A stretch of DNA of 6,221 nucleotides from a virus. Taxonomy: Duplodnaviria > Heunggongvirae > Uroviricota > Caudoviricetes. The notes under the pieces were generated by a model. That model was not told where the DNA came from. It searched no databases and worked only from the letters and a program-made list of their open reading frames with translations. Of the stretch, positions 1-6,221 are shown one piece after another; position 1 is the first letter of the stretch, and each line of letters opens with the position of its first letter. The stretch lies in IMG/VR virus record IMGVR_UViG_2585427792_000015; one strand, 5' to 3'. The position numbers and the translations under genes were made by a program.

Positions 1-140
1 GTTGATGTATCAACACGATTCAACAATACCCGATATTTATTCCATGCCTCCAGCAACGATCTTTCTTCCGCCGTTGCGATTTCCAGATCTACAGCATCCT
101 GCAGTGGCGCAATATACTCACTGAATTCCTGGATGTAGAA
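1..140. repeat. Direct repeat copy A (tfa 3'-end homology)
   Basis: Positions 1-122 align base-for-base with 1050-1171 at roughly 85% identity (hand alignment, not computed); weaker codon-level similarity continues to about 140 / 1189. Confidence 0.7.
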
Positions 141-227
141 CTGTGTGGTGACGGTCTTCCAGCCATTCGGCTCTTGCTGTATCGAAGCATACCAGGCTAT
201 TTCAATATCGCTATGCTGCGGCAGCAT
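1..227 (-). CDS. Tfa-like small protein, partial (3' end runs off the window start); homologous to the C-terminal domain of tail fibre assembly protein
   Basis: Minus-strand ATG at 227-225 with an in-frame TAA immediately upstream (230-228) and an AAGGGG Shine-Dalgarno (complement of 232-237) 4 nt before the ATG. My translation: [75 protein letters not shown]... The last 40 or so residues align with the C-terminus of the full Tfa at 1007-1591 ([41 protein letters not shown]). Not in the supplied ORF track because it is edge-truncated. Confidence 0.6.
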   Translation of the reverse strand, partial: MLPQHSDIEIAWYASIQQEPNGWKTVTTQFYIQEFSEYIAPLQDAVDLEIATAEERSLLEAWNKYRVLLNRVDTS

Positions 228-254
228 TTAACCCCTTGTAATTCATCGCCATAA

Positions 255-283
255 TTGATTTAATTCACAAATAAAACTATAAC
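255..283 (+). promoter_or_regulatory. Candidate sigma70-like promoter for the methyltransferase gene
   Basis: TTGATT at 255-260, a 17-nt spacer, then TATAAC at 278-283, in an A+T-rich 56-bp gap between divergent genes. Pattern match by eye only. Confidence 0.2.
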
Positions 284-952
284 ATGGTGAAATCAATGAA
301 AAAAAACACAGATGATGGGGCTAAAATTTACACACCACTTACCCTAAAGCTTTATGACTGGTGGGTTTTGGGAGTATCAAATCGGCTTGCATGGGGATGT
401 CCTACAAAGGAACACCTTCTTCCACACTTTCTGGAACATGTAGGTAACAACCATCTGGATATTGGTGTTGGAACTGGGTTTTACCTTACTCACGTACCTG
501 AGAGTAGTCTGATATCTTTAATGGATTTGAACGAAGCTAGCCTGAACGCGGCATCTACAAGGGCTGGGGAATCAAAAATTAAACATAAAATTAGCCATGA
601 TGTTTTTGAACCTTATCCCGCGGCGTTACATGGTCAATTTGATTCCATTTCCATGTTTTACCTTCTTCACTGCCTGCCTGGAAATATATCTACAAAAAGC
701 TGTGTAATACGCAATGCGGCGCAGGCCTTAACTGACGATGGAACTCTATACGGAGCCACAATTCTTGGCGATGGAGTTGTGCACAATAGCTTCGGTCAAA
801 AACTGATGCGCATTTACAATCAGAAAGGCATCTTTTCAAACACAAAAGATTCCGAAGAAGGCTTAACACATATACTCTCAGAGCATTTCGAGAATGTTAA
901 AACCAAGGTTCAAGGTACTGTAGTAATGTTTTCCGCTTCAGGGAAAAAATAG
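284..952 (+). CDS. Class I (Rossmann-fold) SAM-dependent methyltransferase, UbiE/COQ5-like; substrate unknown
   Basis: 222-aa ORF ending in TAG at 950-952. Contains the SAM-binding motif I HLDIGVGTGFY, an acidic post-I residue (LMDLNEAS), a motif II-like FDSISMFYLLHC and a motif III-like LTDDGTLYG. The N-terminal LYDWWVLGVSNRLAW resembles the YD...HRLW element of UbiE-type methyltransferases (recalled, not searched). Composition is clearly more A+T-rich than the flanking tail genes. Start is ambiguous: ATG 284 has no obvious SD, while ATG 296 follows GGTGA (286-290) at 5-nt spacing. Confidence 0.8.
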   Translation: MVKSMKKNTDDGAKIYTPLTLKLYDWWVLGVSNRLAWGCPTKEHLLPHFLEHVGNNHLDIGVGTGFYLTHVPESSLISLMDLNEASLNAASTRAGESKIKHKISHDVFEPYPAALHGQFDSISMFYLLHCLPGNISTKSCVIRNAAQALTDDGTLYGATILGDGVVHNSFGQKLMRIYNQKGIFSNTKDSEEGLTHILSEHFENVKTKVQGTVVMFSASGKK

Positions 953-959
953 CATCCAA

Positions 960-992
960 CCGCAGCACGTTCTTGCTTAAGACGTGCTGCGG
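960..992. terminator. Perfect 11-bp inverted repeat hairpin between convergent genes; possible bidirectional terminator
   Basis: CCGCAGCACGT (960-970), 11-nt loop, ACGTGCTGCGG (982-992). Sits between the methyltransferase stop (952) and the tfa stop (1007). On the minus strand a T-run (complement of 944-949) lies about 10 nt past the stem; there is no U-tract on the plus strand. Confidence 0.35.
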
Positions 993-1006
993 CATAATCC
1001 CAATGA

Positions 1007-1591
1007 TTACTCCCTGACAGGGTTCGTAGGCCACTCAATATCAGGTGCAGTTGATGTATCAACACGGTTCAGCAACACCCGATACTTCTTCCAGGCTTCC
1101 AGCAATGAGGTTTCTTCCTCCGTTGCAATTTCCAGATCTGCAGCATCCTGAAGCGGCGCAATATGCTCACTGGCTACCTGCATCAGGTTGTTTTTTGTTT
1201 CTTCCGCCTCCCGGATCCGGAACAGTTTTTCTGCTTCCGTATCCTTCACCCAGGCTGTGCCGTTCCACTTCTGAAACTCCCCTTCCGGCGATAACCAGGT
1301 AACATTTTCCGGTAACGGACCGAGTTCAGAAATAAATAACGCGTCGCCGGAAGCCACGTCATAAACCGTTTTACCCCGATGATCTTCAACGAGATGCCAC
1401 GATGACTCATCACTGTTGAAAACAGCCACGAAGCCAGCCGGAATATCTGGCGGTGCAATATCGGTACTGTTTGCTGGCAGACCTGTATGAGGCGGAATAT
1501 ATGCATCACCTTCACCAATAAATTCATTAGTTCCGGACAACAGATTATAAATTTTTATGGTCCGTGGTTGTTCACTCATTCTGAATGCCAT
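1007..1591 (-). CDS. tfa: Tail fibre assembly protein (chaperone)
   Basis: 194 aa, [18 protein letters not shown]..., which matches lambda Tfa as I remember it in length and N-terminus. Its ATG overlaps the stf stop in TAATG (1589-1593), the usual stf-tfa coupling. Confidence 0.93.
   Translation of the reverse strand: MAFRMSEQPRTIKIYNLLSGTNEFIGEGDAYIPPHTGLPANSTDIAPPDIPAGFVAVFNSDESSWHLVEDHRGKTVYDVASGDALFISELGPLPENVTWLSPEGEFQKWNGTAWVKDTEAEKLFRIREAEETKNNLMQVASEHIAPLQDAADLEIATEEETSLLEAWKKYRVLLNRVDTSTAPDIEWPTNPVRE
1050..1189. repeat. Direct repeat copy B (3' end of the intact tfa)
   Basis: Same orientation as copy A; both start GTTGATGTATCAACACG. The two copies bracket the methyltransferase gene. 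Confidence 0.7.
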
Positions 1592-4500
1592 TATGCAAGC
1601 CTCACAATATAGTTAAATGCGATGTTTTTGACGGTGTTTTCCGCGTTACCAGCAGCGTTAACGGTGATGGTGTGTCCATGTGAACCAATCGCAACGGAGT
1701 GCGTATGAGCACCAATACCGACAGTATGTGCATGTGCACCAGCATTTGCTGCAGTACCAGACAGCGAGTGGGTATGAGCACCTGCTGACTGTGTCTGAAT
1801 ACGTTGATAATACGATCTACTGGAAGAAGTCTCCGGGCTTACTTGATACTGTGAATCCTTGACATAAGTGAACCCACCGCCATCATAAAATGCTAACGCA
1901 GAACCGCCGCCTCCCGGCCAACGAATACCATTACCATGAGTATGAGCACCGGCAGACCCCGTAGAGCCACTCAGACTGTGCGTATGCGACCCGGTGTTAT
2001 TCGTGGATTTAGTGCCGTAATCAAACGACGATGTGGTTTTCGTCCCCAAATCCGTACTGGATGCGCTGGCGCTGTGGGTGTGCGATTTTATGCCGTCCCG
2101 TTCCTGAGACAATACGGCCCGGCCACTGGCGGGTTTGCCCTTGATTGTCCAGCCGCGCATATCTGGAATAACACCTGAAGGATAGGCAATAGCCAGTTTC
2201 GGATATGCTGCCTTATCAAACGTCTGCCCCTGCATGATTGCATAACCTGCAGGTGGTGTATCTGATGGCCACGGCAGCGGAACACCTGGCGGAAACGCTT
2301 CAATATTTGCCGAGCCGTCAAATTTTACGCCGTTAATTGTCCTTGCAGTTTGCAATTTGGTTGCTGTGCTTGCATTACCCGATAAAGATCCAGTGATACC
2401 ACCACTCGCGTTTAATTTAGTTGCAATTGTAACATTGCCAGTATGGTTACTAATTATAAACGGCCTTAAGCTATTGTGCGTACCAAGACTGTTACCCGAA
2501 TCTGTCAACATAAAATATGTGTTTGATCCATCATTTCGGATAAAGAATCCATAGTTGCCATAGGCAATACGCAGACCATTTGCTGACCTTGAAATAACCT
2601 CACCAGCAGCAGTTAAACCACCTGAAAGAGTCCCTCCAGTTAATGCCAATGCCCCAATATTTGAAGGGGTCAATGTGATATTTGCACTACCATCAAATGA
2701 CACACCGTTAATCGTTCTGGCTGCCTGAAGTTTCGTGGCGGTCGCAGCATTACCTGTAGTGTTTTGATTACCGGTAGCGTTGACTCCAGGCAAGTTGATA
2801 TCTGCCGATCCATCAAATGCCACGCCCCCAATCTTACGTGCTGTCTTGATCTTGGTCGCAGTATCTGCGTTTCCGGTCAAATTACCAGTAACACTACCAC
2901 CAACTTTTAGTCCATTACCGATGGACACCAACCCTGATCTTAAGTTTATAGAGAATGGTCTTAATGAACCGATGTCTCCATTTTCCCCCTCCCCTTCATT
3001 AGTCGGAATAAGATGAAGATAATCTTCGGAACGCCTAAAAATAAGGCCAAAGGCTTGGTTGAATATTCGAAGAGCATTTATCGTGCTGATTTTTAACTGC
3101 CCTCCCATTGTGTCGCCAGTTTTTTGAACTGAACTATCTTTAACAGTTTTAACTGCCTTTGGCGTTGCCGCCAGCTTTTCACTGGTGCTGTTTGTTGCAC
3201 TGCTGAGCTGTACTATCCCCTTTTTCGTCGTGCTCGCATCCTCAAGCCCCACGGCGGATGCAATATCCTCTGCCCGTTTTGCCGCTGTTTCGGCACGCGT
3301 TGCCGCGGATTCAGCAGCAACTTTGCTCTGAGATGCCGCCGTCGCACTGCCTGCCGCCTCTGATGCTTTCGTTGTTGCTGTCGTGGCACTACCTTTCGCT
3401 GCTGACGCTTGTCTGGTCGCCTCATCTTTTGAAGCAGACGCAGATGATGCCGATGACGCCGCTGAACTGGCTGACGATGCGGCTGCCGCCTTAGAGGAAG
3501 CAGCATTGTCTGCTGAAGTCTTTGCATTTGTTTCAGAGGTTTTTGCTGCAGAAGCAGACCTCGCTGCTGCAGTGGCTTGCTCAGTGGCTTTGCCAGCCTT
3601 CGTTGTGGCTGTTGAAGCGGATGATGCGGCGCTTTCTGCCGATTTTCCGGCGGCGGTGGCACTGGCTGAGGCCTGCCCGGCACTTGTTGACGCGGCACTG
3701 GCAGATAATGCAGCCGCTGTTTTTGAACCTGCCGCAGCCGAGGCGCTCTGTCCCGCTGCCGTTTCAGAAGACCTGGCGTTTGTCTCAGACGTCTTTGCCG
3801 CCTTCGCGGAATTGCCTGCCGCCGTTGCCGAGGAAGCGGCACTACTGGCGCTTGATGATGCGTTCGTTTCTGATGATTTCGCTGCCTCTTTTGAGGCCGC
3901 CGCATCCCGGGCTGAGGTGGCTGCTTCTGACGCCTTCGTGGTCGCGGCGGATGCAGAAGTGGCTGCTGATTGTTGTGACGCTTCCGCATTCGTTTCTGAC
4001 GTTTTCGCCGCACCGGCACTGGTAGCTGCCGCGCTTTTTGAGGACTCTGCAGCAGCAGCACTTTTCGATGCTTCACTGGCCTTTGTCGATGCCGTTCCTG
4101 CGCTGGAAGACGCTGACTGAGCCGACGACGCGGCCTGTCCGGCTGACGTGCTGGCGGCACGTGCTGAGGCTGCAGCATCGGTTGCATGAGTTACCGCCTC
4201 GCTGGCTGATGCACTGGCATCGCTGGCTGATTTTTTCGCGGCTGCCGTATTCTGTGCAACCGCGGAGGCGTTACGTGACACCTCTTCCACCATCTGCTCA
4301 AAGCGGCGCAGTGCCTCCGGCCGGACATCATCCTCCGTCATGGCACCGAGAAAATCATTCAGCGTACCTGGTCTGGAACCTTCATAGACGGTAATGGTCC
4401 CGGCATGTGAAGGCGGAAAACCTTCAACCAGCAGGGTGACGCTGTACTGCCCGTACTCAACGTCCATGCTGTAACGCCCGGCTTCATCCGGATTTTCTGA

Positions 4501-4617
4501 GGCCAGCGTGTTCACCACCACCGTGGTGCTGTTACGTTTTGCTTTCAGCTGGATTGTGCAGTTCTGTACCGGTTTTCCTGTGCCGTCTTTCAGTACACCT
4601 GAAATCTTTACTGCCAT
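1591..4617 (-). CDS. stf: Side tail fibre protein
   Basis: Single uninterrupted ORF. The track starts it at a GTG (4623); an ATG at 4617-4615 gives [26 protein letters not shown], the lambda Stf N-terminus as I recall it, with a GGGG-containing SD 5 nt upstream. Has a long Ala/Ser/Thr-rich region with four AAKTSETNA units, three copies of a roughly 23-aa TATKLQ(T/A)ARTINGV.FDGSANI repeat, and a C-terminal His-rich GAHTHS / HxH region ending [15 protein letters not shown]. Confidence 0.93.
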   Translation of the reverse strand: MAVKISGVLKDGTGKPVQNCTIQLKAKRNSTTVVVNTLASENPDEAGRYSMDVEYGQYSVTLLVEGFPPSHAGTITVYEGSRPGTLNDFLGAMTEDDVRPEALRRFEQMVEEVSRNASAVAQNTAAAKKSASDASASASEAVTHATDAAASARAASTSAGQAASSAQSASSSAGTASTKASEASKSAAAAESSKSAAATSAGAAKTSETNAEASQQSAATSASAATTKASEAATSARDAAASKEAAKSSETNASSSASSAASSATAAGNSAKAAKTSETNARSSETAAGQSASAAAGSKTAAALSASAASTSAGQASASATAAGKSAESAASSASTATTKAGKATEQATAAARSASAAKTSETNAKTSADNAASSKAAAASSASSAASSASSASASKDEATRQASAAKGSATTATTKASEAAGSATAASQSKVAAESAATRAETAAKRAEDIASAVGLEDASTTKKGIVQLSSATNSTSEKLAATPKAVKTVKDSSVQKTGDTMGGQLKISTINALRIFNQAFGLIFRRSEDYLHLIPTNEGEGENGDIGSLRPFSINLRSGLVSIGNGLKVGGSVTGNLTGNADTATKIKTARKIGGVAFDGSADINLPGVNATGNQNTTGNAATATKLQAARTINGVSFDGSANITLTPSNIGALALTGGTLSGGLTAAGEVISRSANGLRIAYGNYGFFIRNDGSNTYFMLTDSGNSLGTHNSLRPFIISNHTGNVTIATKLNASGGITGSLSGNASTATKLQTARTINGVKFDGSANIEAFPPGVPLPWPSDTPPAGYAIMQGQTFDKAAYPKLAIAYPSGVIPDMRGWTIKGKPASGRAVLSQERDGIKSHTHSASASSTDLGTKTTSSFDYGTKSTNNTGSHTHSLSGSTGSAGAHTHGNGIRWPGGGGSALAFYDGGGFTYVKDSQYQVSPETSSSRSYYQRIQTQSAGAHTHSLSGTAANAGAHAHTVGIGAHTHSVAIGSHGHTITVNAAGNAENTVKNIAFNYIVRLA

Positions 4618-4626
4618 ATTCACCCC

Positions 4627-4655
4627 ACAAAAAAGCCCGCCTGAACCGGCGGGCT
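4627..4655 (-). terminator. Rho-independent terminator downstream of lom
   Basis: On the minus strand an 8-bp GC-rich stem (4648-4655 pairing with 4634-4641, loop 4642-4647) is followed directly by a T6 tract (complement of 4629-4634). It lies 27 nt past the lom stop and just upstream of the stf SD and start. Confidence 0.65.
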
Positions 4656-4681
4656 GTCATAACACTGTGTTACCTGGCTAA

Positions 4682-5281
4682 TCAGAATTTATAACCGACA
4701 CCCACGATGAAACCGTCAGTGCGCCAGTCACCACTGCCGGAGCCTTCATAAGCAATATCAATGGCCACGGATTCGGTCGGGTTAAACTGCACGCCAGCCC
4801 CCCACGCCAGAGACGTGTTGCTGTGGCGACCGTCATCACTTCCGGTCAGCACATCGTGCTTTTTCCCCTTGTTGTCAGTTACGCGAAGATAATCCCCGGA
4901 GAAAGTCGACACACGGCTGTAAGCTACACCCGCCATCGCATACGCGCTGAACCATTCATTCACGCGCACAGACGGCCCCGCCATTACGCTGAACCAGCGG
5001 TTACGAACGGAATCTTCATGCCAGCGGGTATCGCTGTAACGGGTCAGCTGGCGATTCTTGTCTCCTGCATAGCTGAATGACGTCACCATCCCCAGTGTGT
5101 CCGTAAACTCATAACGGTATTTCACGTTAATCCCGTTCAGATCATCGCTGCCGGGGACGTTCGTCGAGGCATGAAGATACCCCGCGCTCAGCGTGGACTG
5201 ATGTTCAGACGCCCATGCAGGCGCACCGGATACGGCCAGACAAATGGCTGCGGACAAAATTGCTGCACAAACTTTACGCAT
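4682..5281 (-). CDS. lom: Lom, outer-membrane beta-barrel protein of the Ail/Lom family
   Basis: 199 aa with a Sec-type signal peptide (MRKVCAAILSAAICLAVSGAPAWA) and the C-terminal DIAYEGSGSGDWRTDGFIVGVGYKF with terminal Phe typical of OMP barrels; matches lambda Lom as I recall it. GAGAGG SD upstream of the ATG at 5281-5279. Confidence 0.93.
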   Translation of the reverse strand: MRKVCAAILSAAICLAVSGAPAWASEHQSTLSAGYLHASTNVPGSDDLNGINVKYRYEFTDTLGMVTSFSYAGDKNRQLTRYSDTRWHEDSVRNRWFSVMAGPSVRVNEWFSAYAMAGVAYSRVSTFSGDYLRVTDNKGKKHDVLTGSDDGRHSNTSLAWGAGVQFNPTESVAIDIAYEGSGSGDWRTDGFIVGVGYKF

Positions 5282-5305
5282 AATTACCTCTCGCTTTTCT
5301 GCAAT

Positions 5306-5330
5306 AAAAAAGGCGTCATTCCTGACGCCC
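5306..5330 (-). terminator. Rho-independent terminator between J and lom
   Basis: On the minus strand a 7-bp stem GGCGTCA / TGACGCC (5323-5329 pairing with 5312-5318, loop 5319-5322) is followed by a T6-7 tract (complement of 5305-5311). It lies 22 nt past the J stop. Confidence 0.6.
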
Positions 5331-5351
5331 TTTATTGGGGTTATAAATATT

Positions 5352-6221
5352 TCAACGAATACTGATGCCGGAAGCGGCTTTTTTGGTCACAATCACCGTA
5401 CAGTCGGTGATATTGCCTGCCCCCTGATTGCCTTTCTGGAAAATCTTAAACTCCAGAGTGACGCTTCCCCTGCCACTCGGCATATCAATAACTGCACTGT
5501 AACTACCGGGAATGGCCCCTTTAGTTTCTCTGGATGCGATTAATACGCCGTTTTTGCGAACTTCAAAACCATAACCCGTGTATCGCGTGCCTCCTGGGTT
5601 ATTTCCGCTCCCCGGATCGTCATACGCTATACCGTTAAAAATAATGGGCGGAATAATAATCTGGCGGTCAAAGTTATGATCATCGCTGATGGTGACTGTA
5701 ACCGTACCGTTTGGTGTTTCCGTGTTACCCCACGTACCGACTTTTTTCGGGAAGGCTTTTGATACAGCTTTAACGAAATCTCCTCTGACCTGGGTCGCCT
5801 CCAGCATGCCCTTAATCGTACAGTTCTGGTTAATCGTGACATTGTTGAGCGTTCCTGAGTTCGCATTCACACTGCCACTGATATCCGCATTTTTCGCCGT
5901 CAGTCTCCCGTCTGATGTCAGGGAAAATGCCGGAGGATTACCGCCGCTGGTAATGGTGGGGGCCGTCAGGCGTTTCAGGAACACTTCATTCATGAATATC
6001 TGATCGCCCTGACCAACAAACATCGGCTTTGTGTTGCCATTCGCAGGATTAATCATCGCAATCCTGTCTGCTGCCAGCAGCACCTGACTCTGCATGCCGT
6101 CAGGGGTGTTCTCAATACCGGCACCGATACCCGCAATATAAAGGCGTCCGTCCTGCATCTGCTGCAGCTTCACTGCCCACATGCTGTTCAGGTTATTATT
6201 TGTATCAACCTGAACCTTCTG
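5352..6221 (-). CDS. J: Host specificity / central tail fibre protein J, C-terminal part (5' end off the window)
   Basis: The track ORF 5352-6182 begins at an internal Met; I translated 6183-6221 in the same frame (QKVQVDTNNNLNS) and found no stop, so the gene continues past the window end. Identity is inferred from its position directly upstream of lom and stf in a lambda-type arrangement, not from a remembered sequence. Confidence 0.8.
   Translation of the reverse strand, partial: QKVQVDTNNNLNSMWAVKLQQMQDGRLYIAGIGAGIENTPDGMQSQVLLAADRIAMINPANGNTKPMFVGQGDQIFMNEVFLKRLTAPTITSGGNPPAFSLTSDGRLTAKNADISGSVNANSGTLNNVTINQNCTIKGMLEATQVRGDFVKAVSKAFPKKVGTWGNTETPNGTVTVTISDDHNFDRQIIIPPIIFNGIAYDDPGSGNNPGGTRYTGYGFEVRKNGVLIASRETKGAIPGSYSAVIDMPSGRGSVTLEFKIFQKGNQGAGNITDCTVIVTKKAASGISIR

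Noticed and set aside
284-952. The methyltransferase as a Dam/Dcm-type DNA methyltransferase or as an NleE-like type III effector
   Set aside because: No DPPY/NPPY or PCQ catalytic motif and no target-recognition domain at 222 aa; NleE, as I recall it, lacks the glycine-rich Rossmann motif seen here. Neither assignment is supported.
1045-1527. ORFs 1045-1302 plus and 1246-1527 minus
   Set aside because: Both lie entirely inside tfa, whose frame gives a full-length Tfa match; no start signals and no recognisable motifs.
1680-3016. Small plus-strand and minus-strand ORFs inside the stf distal region (1680-1862, 1936-2178, 2088-2321, 2357-2554, 2780-3016)
   Set aside because: Antisense or off-frame to stf with no independent signals; the stf frame is continuous and homologous throughout.
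3213-4394. Large ORFs inside stf on both strands (3213-4187 minus, 3258-3494 plus, 3383-4120 plus, 3522-4025 plus, 4038-4394 plus)
   Set aside because: Their products are extreme low-complexity (Arg/Gln/Pro-rich or Ala/Asp-rich) and lie wholly within the GC-rich repeat tract of stf; they are alternate-frame shadows of a gene with strong homology support.
4621-4623. GTG at 4623 as the stf start (as in the ORF track)
   Set aside because: The ATG two codons downstream (4617-4615) has better SD spacing and gives the MAVKISG N-terminus I recall for lambda Stf.
4823-6003. ORFs antisense or off-frame to lom and J (4823-5080, 5171-5365, 5244-5543, 5689-6003 plus; 5627-5866 minus)
   Set aside because: They overlap well-supported genes and show no motifs or start signals; 5171-5365 and 5244-5543 also span the J-lom terminator.
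1-6221. CRISPR array, DGR template/variable repeat pair, or invertase crossover sites for an invertible tail-fibre segment
   Set aside because: No regularly spaced short repeats, no reverse transcriptase or invertase gene in the window, and I could not find a Din-family crossover-like sequence; the tfa repeats are direct, not inverted.

Overview
The window is the distal end of a lambda-like (lambdoid) phage or prophage tail module, lying reverse-complemented relative to the usual lambda map. Reading the minus strand from high to low coordinates it encodes the C-terminal part of the host-specificity protein J (runs off the window), the outer-membrane protein Lom, an intact 1008-aa side tail fibre Stf, and the tail fibre assembly chaperone Tfa. 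Rho-independent terminators follow J and lom. The accessory part is the left 1 kb: a visibly A+T-rich, plus-strand class I SAM-dependent methyltransferase gene (284-952) convergent with tfa, bracketed by two directly repeated copies of the tfa 3' end, the left copy belonging to a short tfa-like gene (1-227) that runs off the window. I see no multi-gene defence or other undescribed system here: the only candidate novelty is this single-gene methyltransferase cargo and the tfa-derived small gene. All homology statements come from reading the translations and from remembered lambda proteins, not from a database search.
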